Shown one piece after another: positions 1 through 9,114 of a stretch of 30,307 bases of DNA. The translations under genes were made by a program, and so were the position numbers. The DNA comes from a virus (taxonomy: Duplodnaviria; Caudoviricetes), in the IMG/VR virus record IMGVR_UViG_3300037756_000013, positions 1 through 30,307 of that record. One strand, 5' to 3'. Each line of letters begins with the position of its first letter. The first letter of the stretch is position 1. The notes under the pieces are model-generated. The model saw only the letters and a list, made by a program, of their open reading frames with translations. It was not told where the DNA came from and ran no database searches.

Positions 1-43
1 CCTGTTCTTTCCATCTCTCCCCAGCAGATCGTTGGAGGTCCGG

Positions 44-361
44 GTGGCTAAGACCAAGCCCGTCGACCCACCGGCCGAGGGTTCCACAGAGGCCGCCCCC
101 AACCCGTTCGCCGAGGGCCTGGTCTCTGCCACCATCGCCGAGCTCGGACGCCTGAACTCGCTGGAGACGATGCTCGGTCAGCAGGTGCTCATCATCGCCC
201 GCGGCATGGCTCGCGGCGAGGGTTCGGAGTTGGCAACGCTGTCGAAGGAGCACTCGCGCCTGATGGCCAACATCGCTGCCGGCAACACGGTGGCTGATGA
301 CCCTGTCGCTGATGCTGACGAGTCCATGAAGAGGAAACTTGCTCGCGCGGCGAAGGCTTGA
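44..361 (+). CDS. terS: Terminase small subunit (putative)
   Basis: Small helical ORF overlapping the terL start; GTG at 44 follows GGAGGT (34-39). The ORF track starts it at TTG 32. Call rests mostly on synteny. Confidence 0.7.
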   Translation: MAKTKPVDPPAEGSTEAAPNPFAEGLVSATIAELGRLNSLETMLGQQVLIIARGMARGEGSELATLSKEHSRLMANIAAGNTVADDPVADADESMKRKLARAAKA

Positions 362-1838
362 GCCGACCCACCTTCACGTACCTGAGTACGTGGAGACGTT
401 CGGCCCTGAGGTCGCCGACATCAACGCTCGAGCCGGGTTCGCTCCCGACCCTGAGCAAGAGCTGATCCTGGACGCCACGTTCGCGATCCTGCCCAACGGC
501 AAGCCGGCCGCGTTCGAGGTCGACATGGTCGGGCCGCGGCAGAACTTCAAGACCGGCGTGTTGAAGATGATCGAGATTGGCTGGCTGTTCGTCACCAAGG
601 AGCGGTTGTCGATCCACTCGGCGCACGAGCTGTCGACGACCGAGGAGACGTTCCGCGAGACGGCGGCGCTGATCGAGGACAACCCGTTCCTGTCGCGCCA
701 CCTCCTCCCGACCCGGGGCGACCGCCCTGGCATCACCGCCGCCAACGGCCGGTGGGCGATCGAGCTCACTGGAGACCGGCGACTGCGATACCGCGCCCGG
801 CAGGCGACGGGCGGCCGTGGACTCTCGGGCGACAAGGTCGTGTTGGACGAGTTCTTCGCCGTCACGCCTGCCGTGATCGGCTCGCTGTACCCGACGCTCT
901 CGGCTCGCCCGCGACCGCAGGTCGTGTCCGCGTCGTCGGCCGGACTGCTGATGTCCGAGGCGCTGCGGGACAAGCGTGACCGTGGGCGAGGTGGCCTCAC
1001 TCCGAACCAGTTCTACATCGAGTACTCCGACCCGCTCGGCCCAACGCACGACAGGCCGAACCCGGGCTGCGCTTCGCCTACGTGCAACCACGCAAAGACG
1101 GCGACGGGTTGCGCGCTGGACGACGAGGGGCGCTGGGCGCGGATCATGTCCGCGCTCGGCACGCGCGTGCTACCGGAGACGATCCGGTCACTGCGTCAGG
1201 CGATGCCGCCTGCCGAGTTCGCTCGCGAGTTCCTCGTCTGGTGGGAGGATCCGCCGATCGAGACCGCGTCTCAGGTGTTCGGCTCGCACTGGGGCAAGCA
1301 GGGCATCCCGGACGCCGCGATGCCGACGCCTCGCTGCCTGGCTGTGGCCATCGAGCCCGACCGGTCTCACTCCTCACTCGCTGCCGTAGGTGACTACGGA
1401 GACGACGTGGTCCAGGTTGTGTTCCCGGCGTCGTCGAACCCAAAGCTGAGCGGCCGGCGCCCGGGCACAACATGGGTTGTCGACGAGGTGTGCGACATGG
1501 CGGACCGCCACCAGATCCCGGTGGCCATTGCTGGAGCGGGACCCGCGGCCGACCTGGTCGAACCCCTGCGTACCCGCCTCGGCGTCCGCCTACTGGTCGC
1601 CGACATGGCCGAACTGAAGGACGCCTGCGCTGCCTTCTACGACGGCGTGACCGAAAGCCACAGCATCTTCCACAACGACTCCGAGGAACTCAATGACGCG
1701 GCGCGCGATGTCGTGCAGCGCATGAGTGGGGACCGGTTCCTGTGGGGCCGCAGTGCCTCCATGCTCGAGGCCGCCACCCTCGCTCTCTGGGGCGCCAACC
1801 AGAACGCAACCATCAAGCCTTGGGAGGCGTGGACATGA
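339..1838 (+). CDS. terL: Terminase large subunit
   Basis: Q-motif (PDPEQ), Walker A GPRQNFKT, SAH, GGRGLSGD and Walker B VVLDE, followed by an RNase-H-like C-terminal domain; upstream of portal. Confidence 0.95.
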   Translation: MLARRRLEPTHLHVPEYVETFGPEVADINARAGFAPDPEQELILDATFAILPNGKPAAFEVDMVGPRQNFKTGVLKMIEIGWLFVTKERLSIHSAHELSTTEETFRETAALIEDNPFLSRHLLPTRGDRPGITAANGRWAIELTGDRRLRYRARQATGGRGLSGDKVVLDEFFAVTPAVIGSLYPTLSARPRPQVVSASSAGLLMSEALRDKRDRGRGGLTPNQFYIEYSDPLGPTHDRPNPGCASPTCNHAKTATGCALDDEGRWARIMSALGTRVLPETIRSLRQAMPPAEFAREFLVWWEDPPIETASQVFGSHWGKQGIPDAAMPTPRCLAVAIEPDRSHSSLAAVGDYGDDVVQVVFPASSNPKLSGRRPGTTWVVDEVCDMADRHQIPVAIAGAGPAADLVEPLRTRLGVRLLVADMAELKDACAAFYDGVTESHSIFHNDSEELNDAARDVVQRMSGDRFLWGRSASMLEAATLALWGANQNATIKPWEAWT

Positions 1839-2002
1839 GCCACTTCAAGCACATCCCCGTAGCGCTGCTCCCTCTCGCTCTCCTCCTGCTCGGTGTCGCT
1901 GCTGTCCTCGCTGGCGCCTACCTCCTGACCGGTCTCGCCGTGACCCTCGTCGTGGGCGGGATCGTCGCCGCGGCTGCCGGCCTGCTGGTGGACGTCGGCT
2001 GA
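1835..2002 (+). CDS. Small two-TM membrane protein (55 aa)
   Basis: ATG overlaps the terL stop (ATGA) and its TGA overlaps the portal ATG; almost entirely hydrophobic (MSHFKHIPVALLPLALLLLGV...). Confidence 0.8.
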   Translation: MSHFKHIPVALLPLALLLLGVAAVLAGAYLLTGLAVTLVVGGIVAAAAGLLVDVG

Positions 2003-3354
2003 TGGCCAACCTTCTGAGCCGGCTCACTGGTCGCGAGGAGCGGGCCATCGTCTCGATAGACGACTACATCGCGACGCTGAACCAGTACGGCCTGCAGTCG
2101 AGCGTGCAAACGACCCTGCCACACCTGAGCGCCGAGACGCTGGCCAACTCGTTCACGCAGTACGCCAACGGCGGCATGAAGGGCAACGCCGTCGTCTTCT
2201 CGTGCATGTCGGTGCGCCAGCTCGTGTTCTCCTCGGTGCGGTTCCGCTACCAGCGCCTGCGTGACGGGAAGCCGTCCGACATGTTCGGCACCCCGGATCT
2301 CGCACTGCTGGAGACCCCGGCCCCCGGCGAGAACACGCAGGACCTGCTGTCGCGGATGATCCAGGATGCCGACCTGGCGGGCAACGCCTACAACGTGAAG
2401 GACACCCCCCTCACGCGGCTTGGCGGCGACGACACGACGAAGAACATCCTGCGTCTGCGGCCGGACTGGGTGGAGATCGTGGCCCGCCAGCGAATGCGGC
2501 CTGACGGTCAGCTCGGCTGGCAGCGCGTCGGCTACGTCTACACCGAGGGCGGCAAGCACTCGGGCAACGACCCGGTCCCGCTGATGCTCGACGAGGTCTC
2601 TCACTTCGCGCCGACGCCGGATCCGACCGCCAACTTCCGCGGCATGTCGTGGCTGACGCCCGTGGTCCGCGAGATCGAGAACGACGGCCTGATGAACACG
2701 CACAAGCGCCGCATCTTCGAGAACGGCGCGACGCCGAACATGATCATCAAGCACGCGGCCGGCGCCGACCGCGACGCGATCATCACCTTCGACAAGCGGA
2801 TGAAGGAACAGAACGCGGGCGTCGAGAACGCTGGCAAGACGCTGAACCTGTACCCGGGCGCCGACGCGACGGTGGTCGGCTCCAACATGGAACAGCTGGA
2901 CTTCCGCGCCGTGCAGGGTGCCGGGGAGACGCGCATCGCCGCCGCCGCCGGTACGCCGCCCGTGATCGTGGGCCTGTCTGAGGGCCTCGAGGCTGCGACG
3001 TACAGCAACTATGCGCAGGCCCGCCGCCGGTTCGCTGACGGCACCGTACACCCGCTGTGGCAGTCGGCGGTCGGCGCGCTCGCCACACTCATGCCGAAGC
3101 AGTCGGGCGCCCGCCTCTGGTACGACGCGGACGACATCCCGTTCCTGCGCGAGGACGAGAAGGACGCTGCGGCGATCACACAGACCCGGGCCTCGACTCT
3201 CGCGTCTCTGGTGCAGGCGGGCTACACGCCTGATTCGGCCGCCAAGTTCCTGATGACCGCGGACGACTTCCGCGTGCTCGAGCACACCGGGATGTTCTCG
3301 GTGCAGCTGCAACCACCCGGAAGCCAGACCCCCTCTGGAGAGGTGACCCCATGA
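2002..3354 (+). CDS. Portal protein (HK97 type)
   Basis: NAVVFSCM, DADLAGNAY, LRPDWV, FRGMSWL, FENGATP and TYSNY motifs; start at MANLLSRL (TGATG overlap). Confidence 0.95.
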   Translation: MANLLSRLTGREERAIVSIDDYIATLNQYGLQSSVQTTLPHLSAETLANSFTQYANGGMKGNAVVFSCMSVRQLVFSSVRFRYQRLRDGKPSDMFGTPDLALLETPAPGENTQDLLSRMIQDADLAGNAYNVKDTPLTRLGGDDTTKNILRLRPDWVEIVARQRMRPDGQLGWQRVGYVYTEGGKHSGNDPVPLMLDEVSHFAPTPDPTANFRGMSWLTPVVREIENDGLMNTHKRRIFENGATPNMIIKHAAGADRDAIITFDKRMKEQNAGVENAGKTLNLYPGADATVVGSNMEQLDFRAVQGAGETRIAAAAGTPPVIVGLSEGLEAATYSNYAQARRRFADGTVHPLWQSAVGALATLMPKQSGARLWYDADDIPFLREDEKDAAAITQTRASTLASLVQAGYTPDSAAKFLMTADDFRVLEHTGMFSVQLQPPGSQTPSGEVTP

Positions 3355-4271
3355 ACGACATCATCCAGCGCGAGGCGCGTCCGCCTACGTCGGAACTGCG
3401 TCGAGCGACCCCGTTCGCGCTGCGTGCGGCCGAGGACGGCGAGGACGGCGACGGGCTCACCCTCGACGGATATGCGGCCGTCTTCAACCGCGAGACGATC
3501 ATCGACTCCTGGGAGGGGCGCTTCAAGGAGCGCATCGCCCCCGGCGCGATGAAGAAGTCGTTTCGGGAGAACCCGCCCCGCGTCCAGTTCGACCACGGCC
3601 ACCACCCCCTCATCGGATCCATCCCCATCGGCTCCATCGAGTCCGTGCGCGAAGAGGTCGACGCCACCCTCGCGCCCGAGGGTGGCGCCCACGTCATTGC
3701 CCGGATGCACGACAACTGGCTGACGCAGCCCGTCCGCGACGCGATCGCCTCCGGTTCGGTCGACGGCATGTCGTTCCGCTTTTCCGTGGTCCGCGAGGAG
3801 TGGCACGACCACGCCGGCAAGAAGGTCACCGACGAGGACGACCTCCGCACCCAGCTGCGACGCACGTGGATGGAAGAGGTTCCCGACGAGGAACTGCTCG
3901 TCCGCACCCTGAAGGAACTCCGCGTCCCCGAGCTCGGCCCCGTCGTGTGGCCGGCGTACACCGACACGTCGGTGGGCGTCCGCTCGCAGTCCGTCGTGAT
4001 CGACCTCTCGCGCCTCGGTGACCCCGAGGAGCGCAACAAGCTTGCCCAGGCCGTCCTGATGGCGGACCGGGCAGACGGCGAAGAGCCGCCCCTCACCGAA
4101 GAGGCCGAGGAGCACTCAGAACCGTCGAACGACACGCCGCAGATCACCGCCCGCGAGGCGGCCGAGAAGCACGAGTCGGCATCGAAGCGCCACGAACTCC
4201 TCGCATTCCTGGAGTCCGCGCGCGCCAACAACATCCATGCCGAATCTCAGAAAGAGAGGTACTCGTCATGA
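3351..4271 (+). CDS. HK97-family prohead (capsid maturation) protease
   Basis: LDGYAAVFN, FKERIAPGA, FDHG (His), GMSFRF (Ser), ELGPVVWPAY; between portal and capsid. Confidence 0.95.
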   Translation: MNDIIQREARPPTSELRRATPFALRAAEDGEDGDGLTLDGYAAVFNRETIIDSWEGRFKERIAPGAMKKSFRENPPRVQFDHGHHPLIGSIPIGSIESVREEVDATLAPEGGAHVIARMHDNWLTQPVRDAIASGSVDGMSFRFSVVREEWHDHAGKKVTDEDDLRTQLRRTWMEEVPDEELLVRTLKELRVPELGPVVWPAYTDTSVGVRSQSVVIDLSRLGDPEERNKLAQAVLMADRADGEEPPLTEEAEEHSEPSNDTPQITAREAAEKHESASKRHELLAFLESARANNIHAESQKERYSS

Positions 4272-5779
4272 GCGACGAGACCAAGAGCGTCACCCTGACC
4301 CACTCCCAGTCGGTGAGCCGACTGCAGGAGATCACCACCGAGCTCGAGCGCCTGGGTGCGCTGGACGAGCTGACCGCCGAGCAGGATGTCGAGTTCGCCG
4401 ACCTGCGCGACACGTACAAGAAGGTTGACCTGCATCGCAAGCAGCTTGAGCGCGCAGCCGACCTGGCCGAGATTCGGTCCATGGCCGGCGGCGTCAACGG
4501 CGGCCGCACCTTCGCGGGCTCCACGTCGTCCAGCTCGGACTACGACCGCGACTCGATCCTCGAGCCCGACTCGGTCGAGGACCACCGGTTCAAGGACCCG
4601 TGGAACGTCGACGAGGTCCGCACCTTCGGCCGCGACGGTGGAGAGGTGACCGCCGAGTTCCGCTCGCGTGCGCTGTCGGCCATCGAGAAGATGCCGGTCG
4701 CGAACGACAAGGTCCGTGAGGCCGCGACGAAGATCCTCGAGGAGCGGTGCGACAACGCCGACAAGCTGGCGCGCCAGATCCTCCTGACGTCCTCGCCCGC
4801 CTACATGCGCGCGTGGTCGAAGATGGCCCGCAACACGCCGCAGAACATCACGGCCGACGAGAGCCGCGCCCTCCAGGCCGTCGAGTCCTTCCGTGCCATG
4901 TCGCTCACCGACACTGCCGGTGGATTCCTCGTCCCGTTCCAGCTCGACCCGACCGTCATCATCACCTCGGCCGGTTCGCGCAACGACATCCGCTCCAAGG
5001 CCCGCCAGGTCGTCGCCACCGGTGACGTCTGGAACGGCGTGTCCTCGGGTGCGGTGTCCTGGTCGTGGGACGCGGAAGGCGCCGAGGTCAGCGACGACAC
5101 GACCACGTTCGCCCAGCCGGCCATCACGGTCCACAAGGCGGCCGGTTTCGTGCCGATCTCGATCGAGGCCATGCAGGACGAGGCCAACGTCGCGCAGGAG
5201 GTCGGGCGTCTGCTCGCCTTCGGCAAGGACACGCTGGAGGCCACGGCTTTCGCCACCGGCACCGGCTCCGGCCAGCCGTTCGGTCTCGTGGTCGCCCTCA
5301 CCGGCACCGCCTCGGAGATCGACGCCGCGACCGACGACACGTTCGCCATCGCGGACGTGCGGTCGATCTACAACGCGCTGCCGGCTCGACACCGCGCCAA
5401 CGCGTCGTGGCTCGCGAACAACTCCATCTACACCCTGATCCGGGCGTTCGACACCGGCGGCGGCGGCGGCTTCTGGGCCAACCTCAACGGCGACCGTCCC
5501 GAGCAGTTGCTCGGCCGGGAAGTCCTGGAGTCTGAGGGCATGGACGGGGTCGTCACCACGACCGGCGCCGTGTCCAACTTCATCCTGATCTTCGGCGACC
5601 TCGAGAACTACGTGATCGCCGACCGGATCGGGATGACCGTCGAGTTCATCCCTCACCTGTTCCACACCACCACGAACCGGCCTTCGGGCCAGCGTGGCTG
5701 GTACGCCCACACCCGCATGGGCGCGGACAGCGTGAACGACGACGCCTTCCGCATGCTCGACGTCGAGAGCGCCGCGTAG
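4268..5779 (+). CDS. Major capsid protein, HK97 fold, with N-terminal scaffolding (delta) domain
   Basis: Coiled-coil N-terminus, then AGGFLVP, WDAEGAE, GTGSGQPFG, LLGREV and FGD...YVIADR motifs. Confidence 0.96.
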   Translation: MSDETKSVTLTHSQSVSRLQEITTELERLGALDELTAEQDVEFADLRDTYKKVDLHRKQLERAADLAEIRSMAGGVNGGRTFAGSTSSSSDYDRDSILEPDSVEDHRFKDPWNVDEVRTFGRDGGEVTAEFRSRALSAIEKMPVANDKVREAATKILEERCDNADKLARQILLTSSPAYMRAWSKMARNTPQNITADESRALQAVESFRAMSLTDTAGGFLVPFQLDPTVIITSAGSRNDIRSKARQVVATGDVWNGVSSGAVSWSWDAEGAEVSDDTTTFAQPAITVHKAAGFVPISIEAMQDEANVAQEVGRLLAFGKDTLEATAFATGTGSGQPFGLVVALTGTASEIDAATDDTFAIADVRSIYNALPARHRANASWLANNSIYTLIRAFDTGGGGGFWANLNGDRPEQLLGREVLESEGMDGVVTTTGAVSNFILIFGDLENYVIADRIGMTVEFIPHLFHTTTNRPSGQRGWYAHTRMGADSVNDDAFRMLDVESAA

Positions 5780-5787
5780 GCACTGGC

Positions 5788-5828
5788 CACGGAGCGCAGG
5801 GGGTCCACGAGACCCCCTGCGCTCCGTG
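5788..5828 (+). terminator. Perfect 18-bp hairpin after the capsid gene (attenuator or mRNA stabiliser)
   Basis: CACGGAGCGCAGGGGGTC (5788-5805), 5-nt loop, GACCCCCTGCGCTCCGTG (5811-5828); no U-tract. Confidence 0.75.
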
Positions 5829-5868
5829 CACCACCTCACCACCTTCACAACCAAGGGAGTCACACCTC

Positions 5869-6105
5869 ATGGCATATCTCCGCTGCATCTCCGCGTTCGT
5901 GGACTTCCGCAACGGCGCGGTCGAGTCGTACAACCCGGGTCGACTGGTCAACGGCAACGACCCCGTCGTCAAGGGTCGCGAGTCCTACTTCGAGCCTGTC
6001 GAGGTTGCCGCCGCGCGTGCTGCCGGTGTCGAGCAGGCCACCGCCGCTCCGGGCGAGAAGCGCAACGTCAGCCCGGTCGCCAAGAAGACGGCGTCGAAGG
6101 ACTGA
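5869..6105 (+). CDS. Small post-capsid protein (78 aa), function unknown
   Basis: RBS AAGGGAG upstream; VEQATAAPGEKR motif of the kind seen in small actinophage genes after the capsid gene. Confidence 0.75.
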   Translation: MAYLRCISAFVDFRNGAVESYNPGRLVNGNDPVVKGRESYFEPVEVAAARAAGVEQATAAPGEKRNVSPVAKKTASKD

Positions 6106-6107
6106 CC

Positions 6108-6707
6108 GTGCCCGAATACTTCACGCTCGTCGAGCTGAACGCCTTGCCGAACATGGGCGAGGGTCGGTACACGGACGCCCGCAAGGAGGCCGCAGCGGCC
6201 TACGTGGTGGGCATCATCGAGCGTGTCGTGAAGACCTCGTTCATCGCCCGCACGGTCACCGACGAGCGGCACGACGGCGGGTCCTACGGGATCCTCCTGA
6301 ACAAGCCTCACGTGTTGTCGGTGACGTCAGCGACCGAGAACGGGACCGCGGTCACCGACAGCATGCGTGTCGACGCGGGCATCGTCCGTCGCTTCTCGAC
6401 CGCGTCCTCGACGACGCCGAACCACTGGTCCGCGGGCGTGCAGAACATCGCCGTGACCTATGAGGCGGGCTACTCCTCGGCAGTGCCGGACGATGTCAAG
6501 GAGGCGGCGCTGCTGGCCACCCGCTGGCGGCTCATCGCGTCGAACTCGAACAGCGACATGAACGCCCGTCAGACGTCGATGACGAACGACATGGGCGGCA
6601 CGACCCAGTACGCCATCGCCGGCGTTGAGCGTCCGACCGGCTACCCCGAGGTTGACGCCGTGATCATGGGCTACGCGCGCTCCCTGAATACAGTGACGTA
6701 CCCCTGA
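6108..6707 (+). CDS. Head-to-tail adaptor (gp6/gp15-like)
   Basis: GTG start (VPEYFTLVEL); NIAVTYEAGY...VPDDVKEAAL and TGYPEVDAVI motifs. Confidence 0.85.
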   Translation: MPEYFTLVELNALPNMGEGRYTDARKEAAAAYVVGIIERVVKTSFIARTVTDERHDGGSYGILLNKPHVLSVTSATENGTAVTDSMRVDAGIVRRFSTASSTTPNHWSAGVQNIAVTYEAGYSSAVPDDVKEAALLATRWRLIASNSNSDMNARQTSMTNDMGGTTQYAIAGVERPTGYPEVDAVIMGYARSLNTVTYP

Positions 6708-7186
6708 TGCCGGTCTCCACGATCGGACCCACGGTCCGCAAGGCCGTCACAGACGGACTCACCACCCACCTGGCCGGCCTCGCAGACTTCAACGGCTCCA
6801 CCGCCCCAGAGCGCGACGTCGAGGTCTCCTACGGCTACCCGTTCGGCTCGACCACCACGGAGAAGGTCTACACGGGCCGGTCTCGTGCGGACACTCCGCC
6901 GGCCGCTCTGCGGTCGGGCAGGAACCACCGCAACGAGAACGGTGTGTTCGACCTCACGATCGCGGTCCAGTACATCGGCGGCGACTCCTACGACGCCGAC
7001 CTACGCGCCGCTGCGATCGGTGGCGCGTGTGAGGACTACCTCGCAGCCCGCAAGTCCAACGAGCTCGGCGTCGACGGCCTGCTGTCCCTGGTCGTGGAGT
7101 CGTGGGAAGCCGACTATGCCGGGCTCGACGGCGGCACCGGCTCGCTGCTCACCTACAAGGTCCGCTGGACCGCCCGCCTCACCTGA
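6707..7186 (+). CDS. Tail terminator/completion protein (putative)
   Basis: TGATG coupling; alpha-beta pattern with a terminal strand; position between adaptor and major tail protein. Confidence 0.55.
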   Translation: MPVSTIGPTVRKAVTDGLTTHLAGLADFNGSTAPERDVEVSYGYPFGSTTTEKVYTGRSRADTPPAALRSGRNHRNENGVFDLTIAVQYIGGDSYDADLRAAAIGGACEDYLAARKSNELGVDGLLSLVVESWEADYAGLDGGTGSLLTYKVRWTARLT

Positions 7187-7198
7187 TGGAGAAGTGAC

Positions 7199-7411
7199 AT
7201 GGCACGAGTGAAGTACGTCGGAAAGCACGACGCCGTCGACGTGGCGGGTCAGGTCGTGAAGCAGGGCGGCGAGGTCGAGGTGTCGGCCGCGCTCGCCAAG
7301 AGCCTGTGCGAGCAGAAGACCAACTGGCAGCCGGCGGACAAGAAGCCCATCGAGGGCAGCAAGCGCAACGGCGATCCGCTCGACGCCGACCAGGACGGCG
7401 TCATCGACTAG
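7199..7411 (+). CDS. Small hypothetical protein (70 aa)
   Basis: RBS GGAG; ARVKYVG...GGEVEV...NWQ; ends in a DxDxDG motif (DADQDGVID). Confidence 0.75.
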   Translation: MARVKYVGKHDAVDVAGQVVKQGGEVEVSAALAKSLCEQKTNWQPADKKPIEGSKRNGDPLDADQDGVID

Positions 7412-8091
7412 AGCTGCACGGGCCCCACGTTCTGCGATCCACAGTCGTGACAGCGGAAGTGCACTCCATTCCCATGCTGCCCCGTCCGAAGTTGCAGGTT
7501 CTCGATCGAGTTATTCAGCCTGTCCCCGTCGATGTGATGCACGGTCTCCGTGGAGTCCAGTGGGCGCTTGATCGTGCGGGCCATGACTATCCGGTGCTCC
7601 GGGGCATACCTCCCCCTAGTGGTCATGCAGTGCAGCGGGTCGGACGGGGCTAGCCAGATCTGGCGATACCCGTCCTTGATGAAGGTCCCACCCTTCCAGC
7701 TGGGATTGCCCGGCCCACGGAACTTGTCAGGGTTGGACCCGAATCCACGCTTGCGCACCTCCCCACCGTGGGCACGCACCACCTTGGCAACGGTGGAGAG
7801 TGTGACCCCGTACCGGTCGGCAACCACCTGCAGCGTCTCGCCTGCCATGTAGTCGCGCGCGATCTCCGCGCCGCGCTCGGCGACCACCTGCTTGCCCTTC
7901 CGCACGCCGGGGTTCCGCCCTCGCATCCCGCCGCCGTTGGCCCGGATGGTTCGCCACACCGTGGCGTTCGTTACCCCGTACTCATCGGCGAGCGCCTGGG
8001 TCGACGCTCCCGCCTCATACCTGTCTCGCATCTCCACGCCGTGCTTCAGGGCGATCTCGCGCCCGCGGCGGACCTTGTCAGCGTGATTCAT
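7408..8091 (-). CDS. HNH endonuclease with two N-terminal HTH repeats (homing-type insertion)
   Basis: Two repeats (RYEAGASTQALADEYGVT / DYMAGETLQVVADRYGVT), GNPSWKGG, EHRIVM, VHHIDGDRLNNSIENL, C-terminal CHDC; antisense to the virion operon. Confidence 0.92.
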   Translation of the reverse strand: MNHADKVRRGREIALKHGVEMRDRYEAGASTQALADEYGVTNATVWRTIRANGGGMRGRNPGVRKGKQVVAERGAEIARDYMAGETLQVVADRYGVTLSTVAKVVRAHGGEVRKRGFGSNPDKFRGPGNPSWKGGTFIKDGYRQIWLAPSDPLHCMTTRGRYAPEHRIVMARTIKRPLDSTETVHHIDGDRLNNSIENLQLRTGQHGNGVHFRCHDCGSQNVGPVQL

Positions 8092-8127
8092 ATCCCAAGT
8101 ATAGACCAACCATATTAGGAGTTGCAA
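8092..8127 (-). promoter_or_regulatory. SigA-like promoter for a leaderless HNH transcript
   Basis: Minus strand TTGCAA (8127-8122), 18 nt, TATACT (8103-8098), 6 nt, ATG (8091); no Shine-Dalgarno. Confidence 0.75.
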
Positions 8128-9113
8128 TGGGCGCCATGGACCATCAGATGGGCGTGAAGAGTGAGGCCGTCTACGGGACTCCCGATGGCGCCGTGACCGA
8201 TTTCTTCGAGTATGAGTCGGAGAACATCAGCGAGACCTATGGCCGCACCGAGGGCGATCCCCTCCGTGTCGGCTCGGGCTTCGTGCGGAACGACCGGTTC
8301 ACCCCGTGGATCGGCGGCGCGGCTGGCACGATCCAGATGACCGCGATGACCAAGGGGTTCGGCTTCTGGCTGAACCACATGATGGGCGACGCGGTCGTGA
8401 CGTCGGGCCCCGCCGAGACGGTGGTCTACACGCACACCGCGAGCGAGGGCGAGCTGCTCGGGGAGTCGTTCACCGCGCAGGTGAACCGCCCGTTCCACCC
8501 GTCCGGCACGGACCAGGCGTTCACGTACTCGGGCGGCAAGATCGCCAAGTGGACGCTGTCGAACTCGGTGGATGGCAACCTCCTGCTGGATCTCGACTGC
8601 GACTTCCAGACGTGGTCGACGGCTGTGGCGCTTGCGTCGGCGTCGTACGCGGCGAGCATGGAGCCGTTCTCCTGGGTGGGTGGGTTCGTCACGATCGGCG
8701 GCTCGAACTACGACGTGACGGAGTTCTCGCTCGAGGTCGACAACGGCCTCGACGTGGACCGCAGGCAGATCCGCGCCAACCCGCTGAAGAAGGAGCCGAC
8801 GTCCTCGCGGCGTGAGGCGTCGTTCTCGATCTCTGCGGACTTCGACTCCTTGGACAACCGCAACCGCGCGGCGTCGCTGACCCGGGCCGGCGCGCTGGCT
8901 GCGGTCACGGGCGTCTGGCGTGGCCCGACCCTGTTGGGCTCGACGCTCTACCCCGAGTTCTCGGTCTCGCTCGCGGCCGCCCGGTTCGACGAGTGGTCCG
9001 GCGCCACCGAGGGGACCGACGCGATCACGCAGGAACTCTCGGGCGTGGTCCGCTACGACGGCACCAATTCGCCCGTCGAGGTCACCTACGTCACGGCCGA
9101 CGCGACTCCCTGA
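8127..9113 (+). CDS. Major tail (tube) protein
   Basis: RBS AGGAG; KSEAVYGT, YTHT, SFTAQV, YSGGKI, FSLEVDNGL and R(R)EASFS motifs of siphovirus tube proteins; upstream of chaperone and tape measure. Confidence 0.9.
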   Translation: MGAMDHQMGVKSEAVYGTPDGAVTDFFEYESENISETYGRTEGDPLRVGSGFVRNDRFTPWIGGAAGTIQMTAMTKGFGFWLNHMMGDAVVTSGPAETVVYTHTASEGELLGESFTAQVNRPFHPSGTDQAFTYSGGKIAKWTLSNSVDGNLLLDLDCDFQTWSTAVALASASYAASMEPFSWVGGFVTIGGSNYDVTEFSLEVDNGLDVDRRQIRANPLKKEPTSSRREASFSISADFDSLDNRNRAASLTRAGALAAVTGVWRGPTLLGSTLYPEFSVSLAAARFDEWSGATEGTDAITQELSGVVRYDGTNSPVEVTYVTADATP

Positions 9114-9114
9114 T

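Noticed and set aside
7378-7408. EF-hand-like calcium site DADQDGVID
   Set aside because: A single motif at the extreme C-terminus next to the HNH junction; too little context to call a function.
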